Origin: Lama glama
Taxonomy: Eukaryota
Assembly: GCA_028534125.1 (NCBI GenBank)
Contig: CM052818.1
Location: 41,232,001 to 41,296,000 of the forward strand
DNA: 64,000 nt
Reading direction: 5' to 3'
The position numbers were made by a program, and so were the translations under genes. Below the pieces are notes generated by a model. That model was not told where the DNA came from and searched no databases. It was given only the letters and a program-made list of their open reading frames with translations. Shown here one piece after another: positions 50,900 to 64,000 of the stretch (position 1 is the first letter of the stretch; each line of letters begins with the position of its first letter).

Positions 50900-52300
50900 T
50901 AACAAATAGAATTCATTAAAAAAATTCAAGCTGTGGCCAAGGCAGTACTCAGAGGAAATTTACATACTTAAATGCATTTATCCAGTTCACAGAAATAATC
51001 AAAACATTCAAATAGAGAAGGGAAAGGAAAATAGCAACAAACACTAAAAGCGTAAGGAAGAAATTAATAAGAGTAAAAGAAAAACAAAAGAAAAGAAAAG
51101 TACCATTTCCACTAGCATGAAAATCATGAACTACTTAGATCCAAATTGAATTATGGATTTACCTACTTAAGCCATTAAAACGTCTGTGGAATGAAGTGAT
51201 TTCATGCAAGATCAACCTAAAAACATCAGTAGCTGTCTTATATACCACAGCTGTGAATAATCAATTTATAAAATGTACTGAGAAAATAGAAGATCTTGAC
51301 TGTAATAGAAGTAAAAAATCTCAAAAACAGGAATACAGATAATTAGAAAAGTTTAAATCCTATAAGGAAAAAAGTATAAAATATCTTGAAGCAAATAAAG
51401 TGAGATCTAAATCAATTCATTTGGCTCTCATTTCCATTTTCTTAATTGAAAAATATTATAGAGATGTTAGTTCTTTCCAAAGGAAACTCAAAATTCAGTA
51501 TCTGTTCAAAGGGATACTTTTTGGAAATTAGTAATTTAACTCTAAAGTTTATCTGGAGAAAGAGTCTAAGAATAACTAAGAAATTTTTGAACATAAAGAT
51601 CAATAGGTTATCTACTAGATGGAAAAATGCTATATAAATTTATGCTATTAATAGTATTTTGATCACTAGAGCATAATAAATAGTTCAGAAACAGACCCAT
51701 GTAAATGTGACATGATAGTACTTTATAGGAACAATTCACATTTAAAATTAATGGAAGTAATGTTCCCTATCACATGAATATTTTTCAAAAAGTAAATATA
51801 AAAAAAAATTTGGAATAAAATAGATTATTTTATAATTTTATAGTAGAGAAAGCCTTCCTAAAGATATATAAAATTCAAAATCATGAGGGGAATAAAGATG
51901 TGAGTACCTTAGAATTTAAAGATCTTTATAAAAATATTTACCATAAATGTAGTTTAAAACCCAAGTTTCAGGGAGGGAAATGAAAAAATAGAAAATAATT
52001 GCAAATATATATGATAAACTAACAATTAATAGCTATTTTATACAAAGAGCTCTTATGAAGCAATACAGAAAGGAAAATAGCTCAGTGGAAATATCAGCAA
52101 AGTATATGAACGGAAAGACCACATTAAAAAATAAAGCATGGCTTACTCATCTTCTATTATTAAACTTTAACTTGACATAAATCTTTTAGAAGGCAATTTT
52201 ATGCTATCTAACAATTTAAGTGCTCATAATATATTTTAACATAGCATGTATACTTTTAGAAATTTATAAATACTCAAATAAGCCCCTTGCATTAGGCATC
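50900..52300 (+). mobile_element. Old L1M ORF2 relic
   Basis: gccaaggcagtactcagaggaaattta, tctaaagtttatctgga, agttcagaaacagaccca, tacaaagagctctta. Confidence 0.8.
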
Positions 52301-52429
52301 GTTCTAAGAGTTGAATGCAAAAGAGTGGACAACATACAATTCCTTGTTTCATCACCACTGCTTTCGTTGGACAGACTGACATTGAATTAGAAGCCCAACA
52401 GCCAGACAGTATATTTTCTGTGACATTAA

Positions 52430-54800
52430 TAAAGCTGCATCAACATTTACATTCCATCCTTTTAAATCTAGCTATTTCCAACATCTCCATTTCTTTATGT
52501 TTAAGGTCTAATAATTTATGTCTTTTAATCAGATTCAATTTATTTAAACTTAATATTATTCTTATGGGTGTATATAACACATATATTTCTAATGACGTAT
52601 TTTCTACTTATACCTAAATAGTTTTAATTTTTTTCCTGTTTTTTAGGTGTTTGAATACTTTTTAATTAAATAAATTATTTTCTTATTTTGTTTTTTTCTC
52701 CACAATTTTTATTCCTTGGATGATTATCCCTTTTTTAAAACATGTTTTATTAACTAAACCAAATCTACATTGTGTCAGTAACTCTTAATCCTTTTTGACC
52801 AATATACATTTAAAATATTACCTTACTTTTCAGTATTTTGAATTTTTAATACCTCAAGTAGAATTATTTTGATGGCTTTATGTGGTCAATGTTTATTTAG
52901 ACTACACACATATTTATCATCTTTTAACTCACCATTTTAAATCATTTACGCAGCATCTTTTTACTCACCATTTTTGAATGTAATATCTTCTGAGATAATT
53001 TTACCTCATTCTTTAGAAGTTTATTTAGTTGACACTATTTGGAGGAGTATTTACTTTTTAAAAAATTAAAAATTATTTTATTCTAATTTTTGAATAATAA
53101 TTTTGCTTAGTATAAAAATTCTACTGTGATAGTTACTAAACACTTTAATAGATATATAATTGCTTTCTCACCTCTTATATAACTATAAAACAACACAAAA
53201 TTTGCTTAATAAAATCAAATTGTTTAAAATGGCATGGTCCTAATTTTTCTTATAGAATGTAGTTATCTAATAGTATGTCCCATTTTCTGGATTTGCCTGA
53301 TTGTTTCCTTATGTTGGTAAACTTGTTTTTCTATCCCTGTATTTCCTATAAATCAGACATTATGCCTAAAGGTTTTAGGATATAGGTTAAGAATTTTTGG
53401 CAACAATATTTCAAAATTGATGTTTTGTACTTCACGTTACATTTCAAGGAGCACACAGAGTCTGTGCTGTTATCAATGATGCTGAGAGTGTTTATGTGGT
53501 TAAGGGGTGATTACCACATGGTTATTATCATGACATTAGTATTTCTCCATTGTTAAATAACATTTGTGCCTTTTGCAAATAGCAAGTATTCTGTGAATTT
53601 TGGCACTGTGCAAAAATTCTGTTCCCCAACATTGTAACCAATGATTTTAATATTCACATATTCTTGTCTAAGTCAAATATTCATTGATTGTGACAAAATG
53701 GTAATTGATTAATTTTATTGAGTTCTTTATTTAGTTGGCATTATTTTGTAAAGAAGAGCTTTAAAACTAGGGATAAACTGCAGATTCTACTATGAAGACA
53801 GGATAAATGCTCATAATTCTTTCCCTTTCCTACTAATTCCGGAGTAAGGAGTTGGTCTCTTCTCTCTCTCTCTCTTTTTCACAAGTATTAATGTTATCAT
53901 CATGTGCCTTCTCCAGCCAAAGCTTTCCTTTGCTCTGATCTGGTCAGTGTCACACTGAACTCAGTTTCCGAGGCCTCCTTTCCAACTGGCCACCAGACAA
54001 GTTCATTTGGTAGCAGTCACTATTACAAGACTGGAGGGCAAAGGGAGGAGTAAAGCCAGAAATGCCTCTCTCTTACTCTGCCTTCTCCAACAGTGGTCGC
54101 CTCTCCTTCTGAATTCACCTCCCTCAGGGCATCTCCTCCCTCTGTGGTCCCAGCTTACACGGGCACCTAAGTTTAGTTCTCTCTCCTATTTGTGACTCCA
54201 GTTCTGGGTCCTGATGAAATAAAATCTCTGTACTTATCACTGTTGGGGTACCATGGCTTCCAGTTTCTTTTGGTGGGAAGCACTAAGAAAGGTATCTTTA
54301 AAGATTATGTATTAATTTTGATATTCCTAATTCAAATTCTCCTTATAACCCTTTCTTAACATTTTTATTATATATTTTAGTTCTATTGTCTTACACTGAA
54401 CATTTGATTCCTAAAACATTAACATATTGTTTAATTTTATATATCCTGCAACATATATTTTTATTTTCTGGGCAACTTCTATCTGCAAAACATAGAAGAG
54501 TTTTAATATTAGAAATGCTGATATTTCTACCAACAGAAATAAAATAACTGATCATTATTCAAGATTTTTAAGCTGTTTTGCTCTTAAAATGTAACCCTCT
54601 AAGAATGTAGGGTTTAGATTTTTGTTTTCAAAGTCTCCTGAAATACTTGCTTTATTTGTGGGTTTTGTTAGTAGGTTGGTATATGATCATGTATTTGATT
54701 ATGTACTCATTTCTATTTGTTTTCACTTTTATGGTTTGCATTTTCTTCTTTTTGACTAGATTTTATTTTCTGAATATGTAAAACATTGATATCGTTCAAA
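52430..54800 (-). mobile_element. Old L1 (L1MC/ME-like) antisense fragments, interrupted by LTR33
   Basis: T-rich L1 sequence; ttctggatttgcctgattgtttcctt...ctgtatttcctataaa is typical of antisense L1MC4/5 3' ends. Confidence 0.6.
53900..54270 (+). mobile_element. LTR33-like (ERVL) LTR
   Basis: gcctcctttccaactggc...gactggagggcaaagggaggagtaaagccag...ctctgcct resembles the recalled LTR33 core. Confidence 0.65.
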
Positions 54801-55299
54801 AGGCAAACTCTCCCTTGTATGCCGAAGCTCCAGGCCACGGAATTCTATTGATTCCAGAATGAGAGGTGGTGCAATGTGTGCTTACCTTCTTGGCCTCAAT
54901 GTTACGACTTCTTGACATGAACAGAATTCCTTTTTCTTTTCGTATAGCCTCATTCCATCTTTTGTAAAGATATTCTTAAAAGAACATATGACCCCTGCGT
55001 GTCACAGATAATGCACAAAGCAGTCCCATTGTTTTATATTCTATTCTATTAAAGATAGTAAATTCTAGTTTTCTTAAAGACAGAGATCACAGTTTCATTG
55101 TTTTCAACAAACAGAATAGAGAGACTAGACTGAGTCTGCGATATGAGGCAAAGTCTGCACAATCCTGTTTATTCTGAGAATCTTGAGGACTATATTATTC
55201 TATAGTCTCTCACTTTTAGTAATATTTACTATGTATTAGAATTGAAAGAATAGGGGGAAATGCTGTGTGGTCTCTAACACCAATACTGTACAATAAGAC

Positions 55300-56680
55300 T
55301 GTGATATAGGCATATAATTATAACTCAGGGATTCAATAAAAAAGAGAGAGATTTGGAAATGATTTTAGCAAAGATGCTTTGCATGGCCTAATGAGGGTAG
55401 AAAATGACTTTCTGGCCTCGGCAAAAAATAGTGAAATGGCAAAGGAAAGAAACAAAATGGCAACCCCAAGGAGAAGTCAGTAAGTTCTCCTTAGAAAGAA
55501 TTTTGGTGGCATCAGAATCATGAGTAAAGAAAAGAAAAGAGTAAGAGTTTTATTCTGTCTTTCCTGTATAAACGACATCACTGGGCAACTAAACAGTAGA
55601 TGACAAGGAGTTTCTCTTTATACTTCCTCCAGCTAATGTGGAACGAACTAACGCCATAATTAATGGAGCTATATATTGCACATCAAGCGTTACTAACATT
55701 CGTGGAAGAGATATAACAATTATACACCTCCTAGTGGAAGAACATACTGCTATCTATGGAACAGTTTTACCATAAAATGGATATTAATTCTGAATAAGTC
55801 TTTAGATCCAAATAGTAATTTATAAGAAAATCAGAGAAAAGAGGAATGTGTTAAATCAACCAAAAGGATGCAACCAGCAAAATCTTTGTGGGTGATTCTA
55901 CAGGATAAGTGACTTGGTTTATTCAAAAAAATTTGGTTATTTCCAAATTACAAGAAAAAAAGAAAGAGAAAAAGAAATGCAAGAGGAACCTATAGATTGA
56001 AAGAGATTTAAAAGTTATATCGCTAAATCATAGTTTGTGGATCTAAATTAGATCCTTTTGCAGACAAACTATAAAATAAATTTATGACATTTATAAGACA
56101 ATTGAAAATTTGAACACTGAGACTATTTGATGATATTAAGGAACTCTTAATATTTTTTAGTATGATAACTACGTGGTGTTATATTTTACAGTAGTCCTTT
56201 TTTTTAAGAGATACAATCTGAAATGTTTAAGACTTAAATGGTAAGATAGCTGAAATTTGCTTCACACTGATAGAGAAAGGCTAGAGGGAAGTGATGAGAT
56301 GAAAAAACAAGATTTATGATTGTCATGGACTGAATATTTGTGTCCCCGCCAAAATTCATTTGCTGAAATTCTAACCCTTAAGGTGGCAGCATTATGAGGT
56401 GAAGCCTTTGGGATGTACTTAGGTTATGAGTGTAGATCCCACATGGATGGGATTAGCCCTGGTGCTTTATAAGAAGAGACATGAGAGAGCATGTGAGAAA
56501 TAAATGTTTGTTGTCTAAGCCACCACTATATTGTAATTTGTTATAGAAGCTCAAACCAAGACAATAATTACCAAGGCTGGTGAAGAGTACCTGGCAAGTG
56601 GTTATATACTATCTTAATGTATACCATCTACTTTTTATATATTTAAAGTTTTCAGGAATAAAATAATGAAAAATAATAAG
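55300..56680 (+). mobile_element. L1ME-type 3' end, interrupted by MLT1A
   Basis: aagtctttagatcca...ggatgcaaccagcaaaatc...tatttgatgatattaaggaa...tttttaagagatac. Confidence 0.8.
56321..56563 (+). mobile_element. MLT1A-type (MaLR) solo LTR with internal deletion
   Basis: tgtcatggactgaatatttgtgtcccc...aaaattcat...gtgagaaataaatgtttgttgtctaagccacc...aagaca. Degenerate 5-bp TSD atgat/ataat. Confidence 0.9.
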
Positions 56681-58389
56681 GTTGCCACCCCTGCCAGAAG
56701 ATAATAGTTGGGCTGCTGTGATGCTGAGAAAAAATTTCTGACTATTTCCACAACTTATCTCATTGGAGTAGAAAATCTGGGGAGCCGTCCTCCAGAATCT
56801 AAAATAAACTAACTAAACCTTAGTGAGAACAAGTTAAAGGAAGGGGTTTTGCAGCTTGAGGCTTCCCAGAAATGTTAGAATTTATATTCAGTTTACACTT
56901 TATTTTTCTTTATTTTTCATTAATTAATCTTCTAAATATATTTTTGTACTAAGAATGTCTGTAACAAATCTCAGCTTGTTTGAGAGTCTTAAGAAATGGA
57001 CAAAATTTATTCCACAACCAGGCAAGAATTTTGTGAAAATAATTATTGAAGCAGGGGATGGAGGCTGAAGGCATTTAGAAATGATGAAACATTGCCTGGA
57101 TGGAAGTGTTCCAGTCCCAGTATTCCATTTTATTTATATTTAACAAGTCCAACATGACTAAGGGAATAGTGCAAAGCAAAACAGAAGGTTAGCTGGGACT
57201 GAATTAGCGCATTCAGGCTGGCAAGTGGCAGCGCACTGAGGCTTACTCATAACGTGTAGGTCAAGACTGGATTTCTTAGATTATGCCCCATACCATCATA
57301 CCATGCGCATCCAAGAGTTCTGACTTTTGTCAGTTTTCTGCATGAATTGCATCAGAATTTTCTCTTCCTGTATTTTATGGAGCATAAAAATAATAATTGT
57401 TTCAAAGACATGCATTCCGTCTCATCATCACTTCTTCCCAACGCTATCCTTCCACTCCTGCTAGCGCTACATAAATTGCCACACAGATTCAAAGGGCATT
57501 ATAACTGGAGGAGTTTTCAGAGAACATTAGTGTAACTCCTTAGTTCTCAGAGAAACACAGTGTCTCAGGATGATGGTAGCAGGTGCAGGTGTGAGGAGAG
57601 GTTGCAGGAGAGTGGTTAAGGTCATGTGCCTGGTTACTGCATAGCTGTTACTGACTTTCAGCCCAATATTCTTTTCTTCCCTATGTTTTTCCACATCTTT
57701 CCATCTCCTTTGTTCTGGAGTCCTAGTGATTATGGTCAATGTCCTATAAAAGCTGTCCAGGATACTATGAATGTGGTCACTTACAGGAGAAAAGGGAGCT
57801 TGTCCATTCCCATGGACATATTCCCCCAGAACCCCCTTTGCTTAGATGGGCCTTTTGCATCCTCTGGCCTTGGCAATCTTTTTGTTTTTTTTTTTTTAAA
57901 CTGGGTTAGGTTTCCATGTTTCTAAGAAAAGTTGAGATATCAATATTTATTAATAAGTATAGTTGAATTATTAATTCTCATGGAGCTGTTATGATTCATT
58001 TTTGTGACAACCTCAACTCTAAAGAGAAGTCAGAGGATGCTAATATTCCCATTGCTGAGGAATAGGCTATTTTCTTGTGAGTCTCTGACTAAACAAATGA
58101 CATTTGGAAGAAAAGTTTTTTCTTAGAGCTGATTAATGCCATGGCCAAGATTTATTTCTTGGCTGACGCTTTGGGGCAGATGGACCAGGCAAAGACATTG
58201 GAAATACTGAGCTACTTGGCATCCATTTATCAAACTCTTTGACATATTTTTTGATTCAGGGAATATCCTCTTAAGTTCACACTTGGGTATGACAGGTTGG
58301 AGTTGACTAAAATATAAATTCGCAAGCTCTCCTGGTGTAACAGATGAGTCTGTAGACTAGCTGTTAGTAGGTACTTACCAAAGCAAGTG

Positions 58390-58650
58390 TTGCATTATGC
58401 CCAGGGAGCACATGGTCTGGCACAAACTGTTCTTAATTCCTGATCCACAATTTTCCAGTTACATAACCTCAAAAAGTTACTTTTCCTGCCTATGCCTCAA
58501 TTCCCTCATTTTTAAAAGGAAGGTAATGACAGCACTTACTTCGTAGGGCTTTATCAGGATGTTATGAGAATTAAATGAGTGAATGCATATGAAGCCCCTA
58601 GAACAGTGCCCGGTACATAATAGGCACTCAGTCAGCGTTAGTCATTATTA
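58390..58650 (+). mobile_element. MIR SINE, near full length
   Basis: tgcctcaattccctcatttttaaaa...tgagaattaaatgagtgaatgcatatgaagcccctagaacagtgcccggtacataataggcactca. Confidence 0.9.
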
Positions 58651-58749
58651 AATACCTCGTCTTGTCAAACCTGCTCCAAACCATCCTTTGCCACAAGGCT
58701 TCTCTTGATTACTTTCCTCCGTATCCTTTACTTTTCTCTGGTGCCTTGA

Positions 58750-58975
58750 AAAGATCAGGTGTTTAGAAGCTGACAATCCTGGCTTCAAATACTGATGGTG
58801 ACGCATTCACCAAGTGACAGGCGGGCTACGTAACTGCTTAAGCCTTTGTTCGGTGTCTATTACACGTGGATAAAATAACACCTACCTTTGTTATAGTTTC
58901 TGTGAGAACTGAGTGATATAACGGAGATTGTTCTAGAAGAGGCCTGGAGAGTGGATCTCGGTAAATACAAATAGT
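58750..58975 (+). mobile_element. MIR SINE (degraded)
   Basis: cctggcttcaaat...gataaaataacacctacct...tgtgagaactgagtgata. Confidence 0.6.
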
Positions 58976-59249
58976 GAAACTTCACTCCTAGTGCTTTGCC
59001 CACCTGCTGCCCAACATGATTGCTCCACATTCAGATGTTTTTGTTTTGCCTTCTCCTTTCCTTATGGGCTTCTGAGACATGGACCAAGTCTCATTTCTTT
59101 AGGGGGCTAATAAAGGGTAAGAAACTGATCTCATTAACACATTCTCCATCAAACAAATTATTGAGTGGCAACTATGTGCCAGGAACCAGGAAAGAGAGAC
59201 GTGGGCTCCTGTTGCACTTAGAAGAAAATTCAGTTTTTTGTCAGCATCT

Positions 59250-59642
59250 CAATGACTTGACCCCTGCCTGCCTTGCCAATGCTGGCCCCTCTGGGTCCTA
59301 GAATAGAGGTTCTCATGCCAGATGGCCCCTCTGTCCAGGCTACTACTCGTCATCCCATTTGTTCTGGCTGACTGCTTCTCATCTTCCAGGCTTATGTATC
59401 CCTTCCTTGAGAGATTTCCTCTGACACTCTGCCTATTTCTGTTACTGCACTGGGTTTATTACCATCAGAAGCCTCCTCACATTACAGCATTATTTGTGTA
59501 CTTTTAGTAATTATAGCATTATTTGTGTACTTCTGCAACCTCTCAGACTGTAAACACTATGATGGAAGAAATAATGTTCAGGATCTGGCACGTTATCTGG
59601 CACATAGTAGGCATGATAAATAAATATTAGTTGCATGAATAC
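59250..59642 (+). mobile_element. L2 3' end
   Basis: agactgtaaacactatgatgg...tctggcacatagtaggca...ataaatattagttgcatgaat. Confidence 0.8.
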
Positions 59643-60439
59643 ATTTTTCTTAAGTGTCAATGAAGAAATTAACTGAGAAAACTATCAACAACAATAGTCT
59701 GACTTAACTCAGGCTTCAGCCCCTAAGGGGTTGGGGCAAGTCTGCAGGTACCTTGCCAGGCTTCAGCTCTTCTCATAAGGGTCCTCACCAGCCAACGCAC
59801 AGCTGGGGCCCCCTTGCTTCCTGCGTCTGGATGCCATGTACTTTTCCCTGAGGCTAAAATCTTCTGCTTCCTCTGTCTTCTTCAGCATTGGCTTCTGAAG
59901 GTCACATCAATTTGTATGGATGTTGTTGAGCAACAAAGAATAGAACCTCCTGCCTTCCCAGAGCATTTTAAAGGCATCCTTTAGTGCTTGGATATTCTTA
60001 TTTTTGAAGGCTCCACCCCCTCATCATACCAAACACATTAAAATGAATTCACATCCTACATTTCATAAAATTTTCCTGCTGTAAAATATATTAGAAGAGT
60101 TTTTCTAATTTTTGCCCATGGAACTTTCGGCTATGACTAACACTTCAATTTTGATTAGCTACTAAAAGAAAGAAAGAGAAAGAGACATGGTATCTGTCAA
60201 CATAGACAAAATATAGGCAGATAGTTTTTACAGTCTTATGAAGGAGGCATAGTGAATAAATTATTACACAAGTAACCAAAAAATCAGCCCTATTAGAGCT
60301 ACTGTTTTGAATTTTACTCCAGAAATAATTTTGATAAAGCATTTAACTTTAATTCTTAAAAACCTATGAGTTTATTATTTAGTGTTTCTGCATGTATTAA
60401 GTAGAGGATGTTATTGGAAGGCAATGTGTTGTCTCACTT

Positions 60440-60510
60440 AAGGAAATGGGGTGCTTTATGAGGTAATGAGCTTGCCATTCCTGGAAGGGTTCATGCTGGC
60501 TTTATGGACT
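60440..60510 (+). mobile_element. L3/CR1 3' fragment
   Basis: gaggtaatgagcttgccattcctggaagggttca resembles the L3 3' consensus. Confidence 0.55.
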
Positions 60511-61129
60511 GTTGCTACCTCTCTGGATTTTGTGAACCACACAACACATATTTAGATAGCTTTAACCATCCTAAGCTGGAAAATGCCCCAAAATATTGAT
60601 TCTCCAAGCTAAGGAAATATATGCATTTGGCTGAAATGCTGAACTGTGGTGCTAGTTTGACAGATTTGATTTTGACAGCTGAGTCTACTGATTTTCTCAG
60701 CTCGCACTGCAGATGTCCGTTTTGGGTTAGCGAGGGCCCTATTTTACGTAACAGGATGTTGCAAGTGCCTCTGAGCGTGGAAACACACACACATACATAC
60801 ACACAATTGAAACTCTGCAGAAGACATCCAAACTGAATTCTGTCAAACAGTCTGATATAATTTCATTGTCAAAATGCATTCAGTCAAAGCTTTTGAGGGA
60901 ACTTTTCCTCCTCAGAATGAAACTGTTTGGGTAATGAGGTCCGTTTTTATTGATGTTGTGTCTATTGTGAGTGAATGAGTTTAAAGAAATTTCTGCTGAT
61001 TTTAAGGGAAGTATGTGCCCGGCACTGGGAAACCCTATGTGGGTGGCTGAGAAGAGTTAGAAGAACTGTGTTTTGGGGAAGGGTGCTGTGACTGCGGGTA
61101 AAAGCCTGCTAAATCAAAAAGGAGACGTG

Positions 61130-61520
61130 ATCCTCTGGAATGAGGAAATGGAGTAAATGGAAGGTGAGGGGGGCTCTCCCTCGCTCTCTTGCCTGCTTCT
61201 CTCTTCGCTTCTCTTTCCTCTCCCTGCTGACTGGCTTTCCCTGTGACTCAGTGGAGATGGCAGAAGGTGTCTGCCCCACAGCTTTGAAGTTTATATCTTC
61301 TCTGTTCCAGACGCCAGGACCATACTGGGATTGAAATCTCTAGCCACAACTCCAAATTCCTAAAATGCAGACTGGGGTCTGTCCAGGTTGTATTAGATGT
61401 CCACCCTCAGCCTCGTCAGCCTTGGCCGTGGGGACAGGGTCTTCCACGTGACTTGACTGTGAGCAGCTCACTTACATGAATGGGGTAGACGGTTCCAGGG
61501 AACTAGGGTGTTTTAGGCTC
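61130..61520 (-). mobile_element. Old MaLR LTR (MLT1J/K/L-like)
   Basis: ctgcttctctc...actggctttc...ccacagctttgaagtttatatctt...ccacaactccaaattcc...gtccaggttg...tgtccaccc. Confidence 0.55.
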
Positions 61521-62989
61521 ACAGCCTAGGAGAACTCCTTAAAAGATTCCACTACTCTATCCGTTTTAAGTTGTAAAAATGCTTGAGAGGGGGGAATTTA
61601 ACATACTTAGAAAATAAAATTTCACTGTTAACAAATCTTGTACAGAAACACAGGTAAACAAAGGAAAATTTAATGAAAGCTACCTATATTTTGCCTGAAC
61701 ATAAAATATAATTAAACTATTCCTCAAATTAATAATAAGCATAGTCTGTCTTTATTCAGTCCCTGCTACTTGCACGCCTTCAGGCATTCTCATGATTAAG
61801 TACAAGATCAACCTGGGTTTTATTTTACCACAGATAAGACTGCACGGCAAGAATGATCCCTTGGGGAGACTTTCAGACAGAGGTGGCTGAACCACTGCCC
61901 TAAGGGTCATCTCTGATACATGGGACACACTCAGAGCTCCCAGAGAAAAAGGATCTAAATGCATAAGTGCCAATGAAATTAATATTTAATGAATTGCCTC
62001 TTAGTCATTGGAAATTAGATGAGGGGAAATAATCTCACTCAGCCTGTCCCAATGTGCCAAACCCTGTAGTCATTGTTAATTCTCCCCCCCCCCTTATTTG
62101 CTCCATATACCTTCTAATATTTCTAAAATCTCTGCCCGCTGCTTCACCTAAATAGACTTTATCATATCTTGGCAGAGTTACTGAAAAACTAGTTTTATAA
62201 ATTATTCATTCTTCAGTGAACCTATGTTCATAAAGTACATTCATTTGGGCTTGCCCCTGGGAACAAGGAAATGGAAAAGACCCACTTCCTGCCCAGGAGA
62301 CGCTCTGCTGGACTACTTCCTGATTAAATTTGAATCGATTTTTTATCATTATGATTATTACTGATTCCTGCTCAGGAAAGCGTTTTGGAGAAAGCAAGAG
62401 CTAAGGCCAAGCAAGGCTCAGCCTGATTGGAAACTGCTGGTTTGCTCAGATTCATTTTTGGTAGAGGTCAGTCGTTCTCAACACTTAATTACGGGGCTTG
62501 TAGTTTCTGCCAGCGTCTCGGAGTTGTGTGTGTGTGCACGTGCGTGCACAAGCTTGCTTTGGGTCGACATCAGGACATGGAACTTTGCTTTCACCAAATA
62601 TCTGAAATGTTTGTTTTACTCACTCTTACCAACCTGCTGTTCTTGATGAAGGCTCCTCAGGTACAATTGCATAAAAAGTAAATTGCAAAGGCTTCTGTGC
62701 TATTTTGTGATTCTTACTTTATAAGATCAGGATAAAAGTTAGTGGAAAATGGAAGACTTATTTGTTGGTCAGCTTGTAACTAATTTAGAAAATAGAGGGA
62801 ATCGCGTGGGCATCCGTCCGCCTTCTGTCTCCCACCCTGTTAAATTCATCCCCAAGTGCACACAGTCGTCCTTCTCTTCTCTCTCACGCGGAGAAGTCCC
62901 CTTGCCTGTGCTCTGGAACTTGCTCCTGCAGGATTCGGCTCTGTCTAAAGCCCCACTTGATAAAACACAGATATGACAATATACACATC

Positions 62990-64000
62990 TGATAATGTAC
63001 ACAAGTCTTTTCCATCCTAAAAAAAAGAAAAAACGTTCGCCAATCTTGTCTGCAGCTCAGCATTCCGCACCAGCCGCAGCTACATCGCTTCCTTCCCCTC
63101 GTGATTGCCTCCCCTCTTCCCGTTCAAGCCTAGTTAACTTTAATCCAGCTCTCGTGTCCTCATAATTCTGGCTAAAACTGCCCAAGCCAAGCTCAGCAAT
63201 GACCTCAGAGTCGGCAGAAGAGGCTTTTCCTTCTCTGACCTTCTGCCCTTGATGCTGTCCTTAATACTTTTGACCGCTCTTGCAGTTCCAAACTTAACTC
63301 CTCCTACTTTCAGGGCACCACCCACTTTGGGTTCTTTCCTGTATCATTTTCTCACGATGATGTCCTATGTGAGACTCCCTCCTTGCCTGGCTTCCTCACT
63401 ACCCCGTCATTCTAAGTCTCCCTAATCTCTGTGTTCTGTGTGTCTGCATTTCCCTTCTGAGCACCAACCCTGGACGTTTGGACTTCCCCACCTGGGTACC
63501 CTGTGAGTCTCAGATCAGCATGACTGCCTGGCCTCATCTACTTGCACGCTGCTCTGCCCAGAGGGGCTCCCCATCCTGTGCTCCCTAGCTCGGTGAATAA
63601 GATTAGTCTGTATGTAGTTTCCTAGTCGAGAAACCTCAGAGTCGTCCATGATTTGTTCATGGTTACCCTGAACATTGGGTCAGACACAAAATTTTACCCT
63701 TTAAAGTCCCGGTGACTGAATTAGCTATCAGTTATATCTTGCCTGGTTTACAGAAACAACATTGAGGAGTCTCATTTCACTGATTCCATTCTTTATCCTC
63801 ACATCCATCCAGCTGCGCGGAGACCCAGGTGATATTCCTGAAGCACAAATGTGGTGATGTCAGTCCTCTGCTTAAAATTCTTCAAAAGCTCTCAGTCGTG
63901 CAGAGTGAAGTCTGTGCTCTTCGGCATACTACGTGCAGCCTTATTCTGACTTTTGCTTCTGTCTCCAACTTTATTTCCTGCCAGTCCCTCACTCTTAGCT
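62990..64000 (+). mobile_element. L2 relic running off the window end
   Basis: cagcaatgacctc, gagaaacctcagagtc and gatgtcagtcctctgcttaaaattcttcaaaagctc are L2 motifs. Confidence 0.7.

Overview
This is mammalian, AT-rich, repeat-dense non-coding DNA, almost certainly camelid (alpaca, llama or camel). The evidence is a tRNA-derived Vic-1-type SINE at 390-521 and a young camelid/artiodactyl-type L1 3' end at 42638-42865. I recognise no protein-coding gene, RNA gene, CRISPR array or prokaryotic system. The ORF track contains only short chance ORFs, ORFs through repeats, or ORFs through the 500-N scaffold gap (33915-34414). Much of the window is transposon relics: L2, MIR, L3/CR1, old L1M, MER2B, MER5, MLT1, LTR33 and a solo ERV1 LTR. 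Family names come from recalled consensus sequences, not a RepeatMasker run, and boundaries of old elements are approximate. The best non-repeat signals are two plus-strand candidate terminal exons (about 2018-2320 and 11198-11400), possibly alternative 3' ends of a gene upstream of the window. There are also a few weaker minus-strand exon-like segments and several transcription-factor motif clusters. I found no convincing previously undescribed biological system, so the findings are leads only.
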